In this document: positions 21,024-34,602 of the stretch, one piece after another
How positions within the stretch are numbered: the stretch's first letter is position 1
Layout: each line of letters starts with the position of its first letter
Assembly (NCBI RefSeq): GCF_000372725.1
Contig: NW_005202113.1
Location: 1 to 64,000 of the forward strand
DNA from: Emiliania huxleyi CCMP1516
Lineage: Eukaryota
DNA length: 64,000 nt
Direction: 5' to 3'
The notes under the pieces: generated by a model
Database searches by the model: none
Told to the model about the DNA's origin: nothing
What the model saw: the letters and a program-made list of their open reading frames with translations, nothing else
Made by a program: the position numbers and the translations under genes

Positions 21024-22603
21024 ATGTTGGGCGCCGCCGCGTTAGCAACCTTGGCGGATGTTCCTTTTGGCTGGGAGTACCACTGCTTCTACGGCGCCAG
21101 CCTCTTCCGCGAACTGGACAGCTCGGGCACCGTGTACAACGAATTTCCTCAGGCTGCACAGCTCGTCCCGGCCGGCGCAAAGGCAGGCGAGAGCTCCGCG
21201 GCGGCGGCGGCCGTCTCCCCATCGTCGACGGCGACCGAGCGCGTGCGCGACGCGCTCGGCGCGCTCTCCGGTACCTGCTTCTTTATGCGCTCGGGGTACT
21301 GGACGTACGAGGTGTGCCCCGGCAACTCGGTGCGGCAGTACCACGCGGAGAACGCTCTCTCGGGCGCCGCCAAGGTGAGGACCGAGTTCTCGCTCGGAAC
21401 GCACAACCCCGCCGCGGACAAGTACATCGAGAGCTCGCAGCGCTTCATTCAGAAGTACGTGAGCGGCGCAGACGGCCGCTCATCGACCGTGCAGCACATC
21501 TGCGCCGGAAACCGACGCGACGAGGACGGAGTCATCTCGGTGGCGGAGCCGGCTGCACGGAGCTACCTCATCACGCTCCGCTCAGCCGCCATGTGCGCCG
21601 CCGCCGCCGCCGCCGCTGGCGCCGACGCCGACACAGGAGGCAAGGCGACTCGCGGTTCCTCCGCCGCCGCCGCCTCCGCCGCCGCCTCCTCCGCCGCCGC
21701 CTCCGCCGCCGCCTCTCCGGCCGCGGCGGCGTCTGTTGGTGCGAGCGGGGGCGTGGAGGAGGTGCCCGTGGCGCCTGACCTCGAGCTGGCTCCGCTGCGG
21801 CTGCTCGACAAGCTCGGCCGGCGCTGCTTCCAGCACTCTAAGGACTACTGGACGTACGAGGTCTGCCCCACCAAGCAGGTGCGGCAGTACCACCTCGAGG
21901 GCCGAAAGGTGACGACAGAGTTCCTGCTCGGCAAGTACGACCCCGCCGCCGACAAGCTCGGCACCGGCGCCACGTACACCCAGACGTACGTCAACGGCTC
22001 GGGCGCACGAAGCGCGGCTCTGCGCGTGCGGTGCGGACGGAAGAACGAGCACACGCTGCTCGGCGTCGAGGCGAGATGCGAGCCGAGATGCGAGCCGAGA
22101 TGCAGGCCGAGATGCGGGGCGGTTAGCAGCCGAGATGCAGCCGAGATGCAGCCGAGTCGCTGCTCGGCGTCGGGGAGAGAGGTTTGTTACGAAAGCCGCG
22201 CGCGAAGAGTCCCCCTCGCGCCCTGCTGCCCGCAGGAGCCGGCCAAGCACCAGTACGTCCTCGACTTTACCACCCCGTTCGCGTGCGCCCCTTTGCAGCG
22301 CCCTCTGCCCGCCTCCTTTCCCCGCTCGTGTCCCCGCAGCGCCGCTCTTGGCCGCAAGCCTCCACCCCCACCGCCCGCAGCTCACCCCGCGACAGTCGCC
22401 TGCCTCACGTCGAGCCCGCGCATGCCGCACGCAGTACTGTGCGCACTGTCTGTAAGACAAACGGCCTGTACCCGTCGTCGTGGCCCGCACCTCCCTCACT
22501 TCGGCCTCCGACGCCCCAAAGGTGCGACATCAACTGCGTAAGGGCGAGGCCGCGACCAGCAAAGCGCGGGGAGGCAGAGGAGCAGCAGGGTGGGTCTCCC
22601 TGA
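21024..22603 (+). CDS. OS-9/ERLEC1-like ER lectin with two MRH (PRKCSH) domains, spliced
   Basis: CFFMRSGYWTYEVCPG.SVRQYH and CFQHSKDYWTYEVCPTKQVRQYH; EP..C/Y..TPFAC; introns at about 22071-22235 and about 22281-22521. Confidence 0.85.
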
Positions 22604-23084
22604 GCGCGCTGGAGCGGGGGCCGCTGTGCGGCGCTCGTGCTAGACAGTATGAGAGTGGGGGGGAGCCGGAGACGGAAAGCGCAACGCGGGCGGTCTGTGG
22701 GGCTGCGGGCTGTCGCCGCGCATTGGAGGTCGCGTCGCTTATTTAATGAGACGTCAATATGACATTATACCTCAATGAAAAAAGGATAAGAGTTAAGGTA
22801 GTATACGATCTGTACCGCGTCTTTCCACGACGCGTGTTTTCTTGATTCCTTTCTCGCGGCATCCCGCATCCGGCAAAGCGTGAGCCGTGACGCCCGTGAC
22901 GCCGTGACGAGGGGAGAACTCTCCAGGAATCCGCGTTCGCGCGTCTCTCAAGCTTCCTGGGGGCAGAACACACTGCAAGTGTAAGCCGCGCACCCGCGCG
23001 GATGCGCCCCCGCAGCCGCACGCGATCCTCTCAGATGCGATCTCTCACCACTTTTCTCTGGCCGCCTCGACTGCGTTATCTCAG

Positions 23085-23699
23085 TCACGCAAGCCACACG
23101 TGCCGCATCCAGTGGGGAATGACAATGGCCGAGCCGTGCATCGCAAGTGCGGTCGCGCCGCCCAGGACAAGCGAACGGAAGGCGGCGCGCTTGACTCGCG
23201 GGGCGAGGTCAGCCTCGGCTTGATAAAAATCCCGGTTTAGCAGCAGCGTCTCGTAGATGAAGCTCAGGCCGGCTCCGAGCATGAATCCGCGTAGCATGGT
23301 TTCGAGCGAGGCGAAGATCATGCTGACTCGCTCTCCCTGCCTGCCCTCCTGCGCCCTCGTGGCACGGCGGCGCTCCCGAGCCTCGCTCGCCAGCGCCATC
23401 AGGATGGTTCTCTTGACCTCGGGAATGGGAAGCTTTGCTATCTGCTCGTCAGAGAGGAAGCGCACATCGTCTGGCGAGTCCACGCCCGCGCCGCCGGCTA
23501 GAAAGCTCGGGTTGCGCATGATGGGATCGATGCAGCACTCAAGGCCGTGGTCGGCGAGAAAAGTCCTCGTGTCGCTCGCGTGTCGCTGGTGCTCGGTGGA
23601 AGGAGCCATGCTGGGATCGGCTGCGCCATCGAAGGCGGCAGCTACACCGTGCACGTCGACGAACGACGTCACTACTGCGAGGGAGAAGAGCGCTTGCAT
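23085..23699 (-). CDS. Signal peptide + SAM-like domain + two transmembrane segments, hypothetical
   Basis: FLADHGLE..GVDSPDDVRFLSDEQIAKLPIP resembles a SAM pattern; hydrophobic C-terminus. Confidence 0.55.
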   Translation of the reverse strand: MQALFSLAVVTSFVDVHGVAAAFDGAADPSMAPSTEHQRHASDTRTFLADHGLECCIDPIMRNPSFLAGGAGVDSPDDVRFLSDEQIAKLPIPEVKRTILMALASEARERRRATRAQEGRQGERVSMIFASLETMLRGFMLGAGLSFIYETLLLNRDFYQAEADLAPRVKRAAFRSLVLGGATALAMHGSAIVIPHWMRHVWLA

Positions 23700-23879
23700 G
23701 ATGGGTTGATGAGACCAACAAGGCTAAAGATGGCGTCAGGCAGTCGGGTCAACTTGCTCTGGTGGCGCCCTCGATCCCGGCCGCGTCGTGCGACCCGTGC
23801 GTGACGCGTCCCGGCAAAAAAGGAAAATGCCCAGGCAGGAGGCGGCGAATTTTGTTTTGCTTTTCTTTTCGACCACGCG

Positions 23880-24293
23880 TATGGAAAGGGGTGGGTCAAG
23901 ACGGATACGGGCTGGAAGTGGATGGGGGCGCAGTACTACGACGCGAAGTGGGTCAAGAAGGCCATAACGCGGCTGGTGCTCGTGGAAACTTTGGGAGGCA
24001 TTGCGCCGCCCACCAAGCAGTTCCTCCACGTGTTCGCCAAGGAGGCGGCGGGCACCAACACGGACCGGACGGTGTACGGGGCGGCGTCGCGCGTCGGCGC
24101 GCGAGCGCCTCCTCCTTCGTCGTCCACCACACGCAGCCAGCAGATCTCCAAGGCGGCGGTGGCGGGCGACGCCGAAAACATCAACAAGCAGGCGTGCAAG
24201 GAGCGTATCGACTGGATCAACAAGCAAAAGAACAAGCAAGCGACAAACGGCTTCTTGTCCTCGGCCCCAGTGGGGGGTGCCCGCGCCGCCTAG
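23880..24293 (+). mobile_element. Degenerate C-terminus of an RLE-type (CRE-like) non-LTR retrotransposon ORF
   Basis: LVETLGG..DRTVYG..SFVVHHTQ/QQISKAAVAGDA with internal frameshifts; family recall only. Confidence 0.5.
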
Positions 24294-24363
24294 CTCTGCA
24301 GACGGGCCCCTCCACCCTTCGTGTAATCATGTAGTCCCCACATTCGCAATCGTGGGATCGCTT

Positions 24364-24425
24364 AAAGAAAGAAAGAAAACAGACAACCCAAGGGAGGGAT
24401 GGGAGGACGGCACGCCGCCACCACA
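24364..24425 (-). mobile_element. 62-bp family B end with (TTTC)n tail and 13-bp TSD
   Basis: CGTGGGATCGCTT at 24351-24363 and 24426-24438. Confidence 0.8.
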
Positions 24426-24505
24426 CGTGGGATCGCTTGTCATGTGAGAGAGTGCGGCCTCTTCTTTCTTTTTCACTCCGCACTTTTAGGTTGTTGTGTC
24501 GACAT

Positions 24506-25766
<1,261 letters not shown>

Positions 25767-26082
25767 TGTTCTTGTGCGTTGTGGGCGAATCGTGCTAAAC
25801 GTCTGATCTCTGTTACTGTCATGGCACACGACAATTCTCGCTGTGACTGACAAACTTACTAGTTAGGCCACGGAGAGGATGGTGAGGATGCCAGCCGTCT
25901 GCCCACACGATGCAAGAGAAGACGGAGGCCAGAGAGCACATACAGGACGACGCAAAATTACTCAATCTTTCGGCACCGGGCACCGCCTCGGTATACAAAA
26001 TGCGCCTGCGGGCGGACCCTTACCGATATACTATCTTTTTTCGAGACGCTGCGAAGAACCGGGCCCCGGCTCCGTGCGCAGC

Positions 26083-26652
26083 ATGACGACCACGATGACC
26101 ACGCTGGTGCTACTCCTGCTGTCGCAAGGCGCGCAGGCGGCCTTACATCAGCGCATGCCTCAGCAGCGGTCACGGCCAGGCGCTGAGGTGTCCATGCAGG
26201 ACGCGTCTCAACCGGCTGTGACCGCGCGAGCCGCGTCTGCCGCGCTCCTTCGCATTGGCACGGTGCCGTTCTGTCTGCTGCCGCTTTTGCCGCTCGTCTC
26301 AGACGACCTCCGACCGATTTGCGAGCCACTGCTGATATGCCACGCGAGCGTGATCATCGCCTTCATCGGCGGCCTTCAGCAGGCTGCGGCGATCCAGCAC
26401 GATCTGCCGCCGTGGATCGCAGTCCTGGCCATAGGCATTGCCCTCTTCGGAACGACGACCACTTCTGCCATCGCAACCGGCCTCATCTCAACCCACCTGG
26501 CGTTTATCACGCTCACGGTCGCCTACCTTTTGCAGCTGCTGATCGAGAGGACCATCCCGCCCACGGCGAAGCAGTCCATGCTCGCCGCCGAGCGCCAGCT
26601 GCCGATGATCGTGGCTAGTTTCTCTCTTGCGGTGGGCGCGGCTCTCACCTGA
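26083..26652 (+). CDS. DUF3429/TMEM69-like membrane protein
   Basis: GTVPF..HASVIIAFIGG pattern and multiple transmembrane segments. Confidence 0.55.
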   Translation: MTTTMTTLVLLLLSQGAQAALHQRMPQQRSRPGAEVSMQDASQPAVTARAASAALLRIGTVPFCLLPLLPLVSDDLRPICEPLLICHASVIIAFIGGLQQAAAIQHDLPPWIAVLAIGIALFGTTTTSAIATGLISTHLAFITLTVAYLLQLLIERTIPPTAKQSMLAAERQLPMIVASFSLAVGAALT

Positions 26653-27063
26653 CGCAGATGTTCGGCGCGGGCCGACGTTGGCTAATGTAGGATACTCCGC
26701 GGAACTCTAAGGGTAGGGGAGCAACACATCAGTTTGCGTCGAGATATTCTATGACGATAGCAATAGCATCTAGTATCTTTGTTTCTCTTGTCTTTTCACT
26801 TTAGACTTTTTTGTGTTTTTCGCGTCACCGTCGTTTGGAAGGCTCTCCACACACACATCCGCTAAACATCACATCCATGCGGCCCACGCCACACGCCACC
26901 ACTACAAGGAACAAGCCGACGCGACAAGCACCCACACAACGCTCACAATCGACAATGCTGGGGAAAGGATCTGAAGTGACTAGAAGTCAGATGGATAGTC
27001 ACCCTCTGCGACTCGCCCGCTCGGGTCACCACACGGCCATCGCAGGGGGGGGGGGGGGGGGCG

Positions 27064-30000
27064 TCAGGGGGAGGGGGTCCGTTTCACAAAAGCTCTCCCC
27101 AGAACAGGCCGCTTCGGCTTGGACAGCTTCCTCTCCTCGGCCTTGGCTGCATCGACCTGGTGGCCGTAGAGCGCCTCGACGCACTCCGCCACGTACTCGT
27201 CCCGCTGCCGCTCCGCATTGCCCCACGAGGCCGGCACGCCGAGCGCGCTCCGCACGTTGGCGAGCAGCGGCGGCAGCTGCCGCACGGGGTGGCGCAGGAG
27301 CGCCGTCGAGCGGAGGAGCGCCAGCAGCTCCTCCCGCTCGTCCGAGGGCGGCGGCAGCAGGTGCAGCACGCCGCCGCCGTCGCAGGCCGCCTCACGCAGC
27401 CGGCGGCGGAGGACGTGCGCCTGGAGAGGCGAGAGGCGGCTCCGGGAGGGCGAGGGGGGGGCAGAGGGCGCGGGTGGGCGGCCTCGCAAGCCGGGAGGGG
27501 GGGCGCGCCTCGGACGCGTTTGCGTGGCTGATCGGCAGGCTCGAGCCCAGCGAGTGCGCGAGGATCCTCCCCGCGGTGCCGCACGCCTCGGCGTTGTGAT
27601 GCGGGTGGTGCGGGTGGTGCGGGTGGTGCGGGTGCCCCTCCGGTGGCCCTCCCCCCTCCACATGCTCGTGGTGCCTCTGCTGCCTCCGCTCCGGGCCGTT
27701 CTGCGCGGCCCGGAGCTGCGCCCTCGCTCGGGCGAGGTCGTCCGAGGCGGCGTCGCGGAGCCGCGTCAGCTGCGACAGCGTCGGAACCTCCTCCTCCAAC
27801 CGACGCCCTCCTGCCACGGGCGCACGCCCGAGCAGCCCCGCGATTCCAGACAGGAAGCTGCCCAGCGGGCCGGTCGAGCCTGCCGCCGGCCCGGCCTGCG
27901 GCGACGCGGCCGGCCGGCTGTCGGACGAGGAGCAGCGCGGCAGCTGGGCGGCGTGCGAGCCCTTGGCGTCGACGAGCTCGGCCGCGGTGCTGTAGTGGAG
28001 GCGGTAGCAGGCGCGAGGCGGCATCCAGCCGCAAGTGCCGAGGAGGGCGCGGTGCGCGCCGCCTCGCCTCGTGAAGGGACGCACGCGGTGGCCGATGGTC
28101 TGCCCTGGCTTGTGCAGGCCGGCGCAGCCAACCTGCGCGGACACTCGGCCTCGCGCCTCGGCACGGCACGCCTCGGCGTATCGCGGCGTATCGCGGGCGT
28201 ATCGCGGCGCATATCTCGGGCGCATATCTCGTGCGCATCTCGTGCGCATCTCGTGCGCATCTCGGGCGCCGCTCCTGCGGGACGACGGGCACACGTCCGA
28301 GCGCGTGGCTGATGAGGATGAGGTTGCCGACGAGCAAGTCGAGCTGCTTGAGCGGACCTGCGGGGGCGGGGTCCGCTCGACGTGTCATGGACGTGTCGTG
28401 GGCGTGTCATGGACATGCCCTGCCGCGCGCAGCACGCTCGCGGCGGCTCTTCCCGTGGCGGCTCTCCCCCCACAGCTGCTCTCTCTCTCTCTCCGCCTCG
28501 CCTGACTCGAGCGGCGCGGCGCAGCTGCCGTTCCGCACCTCTCCCGCCGGCTCGGCGACCGCAAGGCGCGAGGTGCGGTTGGCCCAGCCGTAGTAGGCGG
28601 AGAGGAGGCGGTCGGCGCCAGCCTCCCACCAGCCGTGCGCCCGCAGGATGGCGCGGCGAGACCAGGCGCCTACTCTCGGAGCATCTGGTGCGACGTCGCA
28701 CCCTCTCTCGCCCGGAGGATAGGCGCGGCGTCGGCAGGCGCCGGTGCGGATGCCCGCCATGTGACCCATCACAAACGGGGCGCCGCCTGCCACCCCGCGC
28801 GCGGCACACGCGGGAGTGAGCACGCGGGCGCGGGAGGGAGGTGGCCCGCGAACCCTCTCAGTGGCCCTCGGGCCTCCACCAGACAGGCTTGGCGCGGCGC
28901 CTGCGCCGTCGACGCCCATCGTCCCGTTCCGCTCGCACGTGCGGATCTCGCGCGCGGAGAAGGAGCTCGGGAAGGGCATGAAGAGCCAGAGCGGCGCGAT
29001 CGAGAGCCATGCGCGGGCCGGCCTCGGCGAGCCAACCTCGTGGAGGGGGCGACGCGTTCTCCCACTTCATCGCCGGAGGTGCCTCCGAGGTGCCTCCGAG
29101 GTGCCTCCGAGGTGCTGCCGAGGTGCAGCCGAGGTGCTGCCGAGGTGCTGCCGAGGTGCTGCCGAGGTGCTGCCGAAGGTGCTGCCGAGGTGCTGCCGAG
29201 GTGCAGCCGAGGTGCTGCCGAAGGTGCTGCCGAGGTGCCGGGAGCCGGGAGCCGGCACCTCGTGGAGGGGGTACTTGCTGAGCCCGTTGAGGCGCGGCGC
29301 GCCGCACAACTCACCCACGCGCGCGGTCGCGTTGAGCTTCGCCCGCACCTTGCGGCGAGGCACCTCCTTGCCCAGAAAGTTGAGCAGCGCGTACTCTGCC
29401 GTCTCCTTCCACCTACGCCACTCCGACGGCCGACAGCGTCACCGACGCTCGTCGCACGACCGCGCGGGGGCGGGCCGCCGGCGCCGGAAGGTGCGGTTCT
29501 TGCGCGTGCCCGTCGCCCCCTTCTTCACCTCCCAGTGCGCCGTCGCCTGCGGGACGCGTCGCGGACGTGTCGCGGACGTGTCGCGGCGTGCAGCCTCCTC
29601 GCCGCCGCCGCCGCCCGCTCACGGCGCCTGCGCGTAGCTGGTGACGTTTGCGATCGAGGAGCGGAGCACCTGCGGCGCGGCGGCGGCGGGTCAAGCCACC
29701 GCGCCCCGCCGTCGCGCCCGGCCGGCCGGAGGCCGTCTCTCACATCGTTCATGAGCGTCTGCTCGTCGATGTTTGCAAAGTACGGCGGCTGCGCCCACGG
29801 CACATACTGCTTGACTGCGCTCGAGTTGGTGATGAAGAGGTGGAGGCGGCGGGAGAGCTCGCGCAGCACCCAGGCGGCGCCGTCGCCCGGCCTCACGTCC
29901 TGCGCGTAGAAGACGCCCGCGTTGACGAGCGGCGTGTCCGACATCGAGACGAGCTGGACGCCTCGATAGATGCCCTTGAGAGTCGGGTACGGGTTGGACA

Positions 30001-30439
30001 GCCACACGACGTCGGTGTCTGTCTGCAGCACGTTGACGCCAAACTCGATGGCGAGCCGCGCCGCATAGTGCTTGCGCAGGTCGTAAAAGTAGAAGGCGTA
30101 CCCCCAGTACATCTTGGCGCACAGGCCCGGGTTGGCCGGCATCGTCTTTGGCAGACGCGACGACCAGACGCAGGCGATGTCGGGCAGCGCGCCGCGCATG
30201 GAGAGGCAGGACGCAGGCGAGTCGGAGAGGAAGAGCACGTGGTGCAGGCCGAGCGCACGCAACTGCAGCACCGTGTTGAGAGCATTCGACGCGGAGGCAG
30301 TCGGCGCGGCGTCACTGCAGACGATAATGAGCTCGCGCTGGTAGGCGAGCTGCGACGCGACCCGAGCCAGGGCGCCCTCGGCCTCGAGGTCAGTGCCGAA
30401 GGCCGTGAAGGGCGGCAGCCTGCCAGCCGACTCGAGCAT
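27064..30439 (-). CDS. Nucleotide-diphospho-sugar transferase (GT77-like), multi-exon
   Basis: GVNVLQTDTDVVWLSNPY (DxD), NAGVFY, DEQ.LMND; downstream exons and the 3' end are approximate. Confidence 0.75.
29076..29240. repeat. Intronic (GAGGTGCTGCC)n minisatellite
   Basis: Seen directly. Confidence 0.9.
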
Positions 30440-30708
30440 TACGGCCGCGTCAAGAGCAGGTCTCGCATGCGGGCGGCGGGACGCTTGAGGGTAAAATTCT
30501 TTTTGAGCGGGCCCCGTACGGATCATAGTCCCCACACTAGTGTGGGACCTGCGGCGGTACCCGTCTCTGTTGTTCGGGCAGTGAGAGACGCAGGATCTGC
30601 ACGCCAAAGTGGGCCACTCATTTGCATTTTGGTTTTGGGTTGTCGGAGATCATCCATCAGAACACAATTGCTAAAAATCTCTCTCTCTCTCTCCATCAGC
30701 ACTCATGT

Positions 30709-30863
30709 CTCATCAGTCAGTCACGTCAGTCAAAGCAGTTCGTGGCACTCATCAGTCAGTCACGTCAGTCAAAGCAGTTCGTGGCACTCATCAGTCAGTC
30801 ACGTCAGTCAAAGCAGTTCGTGGCACTCATCAGTCAGTCACGTCAGTCAAAGCAGTCGTGGCA
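30709..30863. repeat. 4 x 39-bp tandem repeat
   Basis: CTCATCAGTCAGTCACGTCAGTCAAAGCAGTTCGTGGCA, with no spacers. Confidence 0.95.
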
Positions 30864-31218
30864 CGTGGAGCAGTCGCTGCATGCAACGGCGCCGCCACAC
30901 GCTCCGGACGACCCCGACAACCGACACACCACGCACAATGGGAGGCTATCGCGCACGATCGGGCATCGCGCCGCAAACAACTCGCCGCACAGATGGGGGG
31001 GGAGGCAGAATCCCACACACACCGGAGCAGCACAGACACCTTACACGTCAGCGCTCGCTCGATGTGGCCAGCGCTCTCCCCTCGGTCCTATCTCGCCATT
31101 TCAACGGCGGCGTGCGGCCACGCGCCGCGCCGAGCCGGTCTCGGCGGGAGACCTCGGAGCCGCACGCGATGCGGGCATGCGCGATGGCTCCGTTGGCTCC
31201 GTGCCTAAGGCAGATCGA

Positions 31219-31919
31219 TTAGGGTGTGAGCTGCGGCAGCCACCGTTTCTGTACCCGCTCGATCACGTGCAGGCCGTCGGAGGCCGCGCTGGATGGCCCA
31301 GGGCCGGCGGCGGTGAAGGCATCCGTCGATGAAGGGATGTCGTCGAGGGAGCCATCGTCCTCTGGTGCACCGGTCCAGTTGTCGGAGTTCGAGATCGCAG
31401 TCGACTTGGAGAGTGTGTTCGGCCCGTTGACGAACTCACGGAATGTGAGCGACTTGGTGCACGCTGGGTCGAGCATCATGACTCGCACCTCATCCTGGGC
31501 GAGGAACTCGCCCAGGGACCAGCTGTTGGCGTCGCCGTTTTGATCGAGCTGCATCCACTGCATGGTTTCGTAGTCAAGCGTAAACGCCCAGGAGTTGGTG
31601 CCTGGGTGACTTGCTGATGAGAGCGCCTTCCAGGCGGGTAGTCGTGCCCCTCACCTACGGTCATACGGCGGCGTCAGAGGGGGGGAAGGGGCGCGAAGCG
31701 TGAACATGGAGGCAAGCAGGTTGGTTTCTGCACCTGGCCAAAGCCGGCGACCTCGAAGTTGTCGTAGCTTGTGCGGATATCGCTGAGCGTGAGAGGGACC
31801 GGATCGGCAGCAGCATGGGCGGCCGCGTCAGCGGCCGGAGAGGCCGGAGAGCCATCCGACGGAGGCCGGTCGTGCATCGGCGCGTCAGCCGCAGGGGCCG
31901 GGGGGGCGGCGGCATCCAT
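31219..31919 (-). pseudogene. Degenerate spliced coding fragment of unknown type
   Basis: MDAAAPP...YDNFEVAGFGQ, probable intron about 31735-31679, an in-frame stop, then ...WMQLDQNGDANSWSLGEFL. Confidence 0.35.
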
Positions 31920-31951
31920 CGCTGCGGGTCGCTGCGGGCCGACGATTGTGG

Positions 31952-32483
31952 TGTGCTTATCACAGTAGCCCGAGGACGGGGGGGGGGCGGGCCTCACCCG
32001 GGACTCACCCCGAGACCCCACCCCGGGACGCGCCGGCTGCGGGTGAGGCCCCACCCCCGGGGCAGAGAGGGGCAGGGGCGGGGCGGAGCTCCTCAGAGTG
32101 AGGCGCCCCGGGTGCCCCCACCCCCCCCCACCCACCCGCCACCCCGGCGGCACCCGACCCGCCCATTCAGCTTTGCTCTTTCGTCCGGAGCGCGCCTTTC
32201 AGGGGGTAGAATTCTTAATCTTTTAGGCGTGGCGCTGGTGGGCCGGGGGCGCGCGGTAGCCGGTAGGCGTAGGTACGGGGCCGCGTGCGCGTGGGCTGTG
32301 GCCCGCCCGTGGTGCCCCTGCGCCCTGGCTGGGTCGGGCAGCGAGCTACCCCCCCGGGACAGCGCATCGCGAGTGAGGCCCCGGGGTGGGGCAGGTGAGG
32401 GAGGGGGCGGGGACGGCCGGGCCCCGGTGAGCCCCGGGTGAGGCCCGCCCCCCCCCCGTCCTCGGGCTACTGTGATAGGCACA
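31952..32483. mobile_element. MITE, about 532 bp, with about 58-bp TIRs
   Basis: TGTGCTTATCACAGTAGCCCGAGGACGGGG... is inverted at ...CCGTCCTCGGGCTACTGTGATAGGCACA; TGG flanks both sides. Confidence 0.8.
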
Positions 32484-32662
32484 TGGACTGATCGATCGTC
32501 GGCGGGCGGATTTCGGCTGGGACGTTCTACGGTTAAACCAAGAGCGTCGGCGCGGACACGAGAGACTTATAAGGGTAGATTCGCTGTCGTGGCATCGCGA
32601 GCGAAGTTTCTCTTTTTCGCCGTGGGCGCACAATCGAGCACAACCCAAAGGCAATCTCGAGC

Positions 32663-33508
32663 ATGCTGCCTTCGCTGCCACCACTCGTCGCCTGCTTGCT
32701 GGTGCCACCAACGCCTTTGGGAGCGCCGGCCGTGCAACGAGCACAACACACGGTGCGTAGCTTCGCCTTGCGCAGCGGCGGCGCCAGGATGCAGCACGCC
32801 GCTGCCGCGCCGGCCTCGGTCCTGTCTGGCTGCAAGCTTTCCTACTTTGGAATCCCAGGTCGGGCAGAAGCGATTCGCCTCTCCTTGGCCATTGGCGGCG
32901 TCGACTTTGAGGACAAGCGCATTCCCTTTCCGGAGTGGGGCAAGGTGAAGCACACGACTCCGTGGGCCACCGCCCCTGTGCTGGAGCTCGCCGACGGGTC
33001 GGAGCTTGCTCAGGCGCGGAGCATCTTGCGCTTCGTCGGCAGGCATGCCGGCCTGTACCCGGCCGACCCGCTCGCGGCGCAGCGAGCGGACGAGCTGATG
33101 GACGCACTCGAGGACCTCGGCGCGATCGTGACCAGCGTCGGCCAGGGCCTCCCGAAGGAGGAGCAGGAGGCCGCGCGCCGAGCCGCAGTGCCGGAGGGTG
33201 GGTCGGTGTACGACTTCCTTGCGAGGCTCGAAAAGTTCGTCGCAGCGCACGGCGTAGGCGGCCACGCGGTGGGCGACGAGCTCGACGTCGCGAGCATCCT
33301 GACGTTCACCGCGCTCGGCAGGCTGGTCGGCGGCGTCTACTTTGGTGTCCCTCCCACAGCATGCGACCCCTTCCCGCGCCTCCAGGCGGTTCGGAAGACC
33401 GTGGGCGCCCACCCTGCTGTCGTCGCGTGGTACCGGGCGCGGGTTGCGCAAACGTCGCTGGAGTCGCTCTCGCCCGCGGAGCGGGTGCTAGCGGGAGGCG
33501 CGACATGA
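32663..33508 (+). CDS. Glutathione S-transferase (sigma-like) with N-terminal targeting peptide
   Basis: KLSYFGIPGRAEAIRL, FEDKRI, TPW..PVLE, LAQARSILRFVG, GLYP.DPL. Confidence 0.93.
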   Translation: MLPSLPPLVACLLVPPTPLGAPAVQRAQHTVRSFALRSGGARMQHAAAAPASVLSGCKLSYFGIPGRAEAIRLSLAIGGVDFEDKRIPFPEWGKVKHTTPWATAPVLELADGSELAQARSILRFVGRHAGLYPADPLAAQRADELMDALEDLGAIVTSVGQGLPKEEQEAARRAAVPEGGSVYDFLARLEKFVAAHGVGGHAVGDELDVASILTFTALGRLVGGVYFGVPPTACDPFPRLQAVRKTVGAHPAVVAWYRARVAQTSLESLSPAERVLAGGAT

Positions 33509-34602
33509 TGTGTGAGGATCTCCCAAGATATTGCCGGAGACTACACCGTGCGGTGCACGTCTGCCCAGAATTTGTTTATGTATGTAAAAGAGGGATCGCG
33601 AATGTTGGAGACGGAGCTCGGAGGGTGTGGACGCGTCCAGTACACATGCATATCAAGTGAAAGAGCGAGTCAAAAGACCTCCCATTGCAATGCACAATGC
33701 CAATGGGAGGTCTTTTCACTTTTGACTCGCTCTTTGATTGCAATAAGCCAGTGAGCGTGTGAGAGACAGACCCAGGAAGGTTTTACAGCGTTACACGGCC
33801 CCTGCCCGAGGGCGAGGCCGAGCTCAGGCTCGACAGAGTCGTCTCGGTCCTCGGTGAACATTGTGCAATGCTCCATGCACTCCGCCCTCATCTTCACTCA
33901 CTTGCACTTCACACTTGTTCGATGTCCCGGTCGGCGTGTTCACGCAAAAAGCACAACCCCGGGCCCGAAATCGCACAGTGACAGTCACGCAACGCGCAGG
34001 AGCAAACACCTTCCTTCTCGCGCGCGCAAACGCCGACTCGCTCGGAGGCCGCACTGGCTGTTCACGTAAATAAAAGCACAACCGGACAAACAAACGTGTG
34101 AGTGTTAGAGTTGTTTGGTATTGGACCTTACACGCCTGTAACCTCTCTTTAAGGTATTGCTAAAAATCTCTCTCTCTCTCAACCGGACCCAAGACGCACA
34201 AGCACAGACAGTCGAGAAGGGTCAGACAGCAGCGACAGTCAGAATTGATTGATTGATAGTCAGAAGTCAGCGGCTGTTCACACAGAAACACAACCACGGT
34301 CGAGAGACCCCAGATTGGCATCCATGCCTCTCTGGACAGGGTGGCCCGCCACAACGACCCCTGGAATTGCGACTCGCCGCTTTCCTCCCGCTGTGATCCT
34401 GTGTGAGCTCTGTGTCTTGATTTGCCAACAACATACCTAAAACCCAAAAACGGACCCAGAGCACAAGCTCAGAGAAGTCAGCGGCTGTTCACACCCTGCT
34501 TTCGCTAGTCTGGCTCGGCCCTTTCGGCTCGCCCTGTGCTCGGTCCGCAGACGGTCCGCAGTCAGACGACAGCGCTCGCTCGACGTCCAACCGTCTGAGA
34601 AT

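Noticed and set aside
30709..30863. 39-bp repeats as a CRISPR array
   Set aside because: Units are contiguous with no spacers, there are no cas genes, and the context is eukaryotic.
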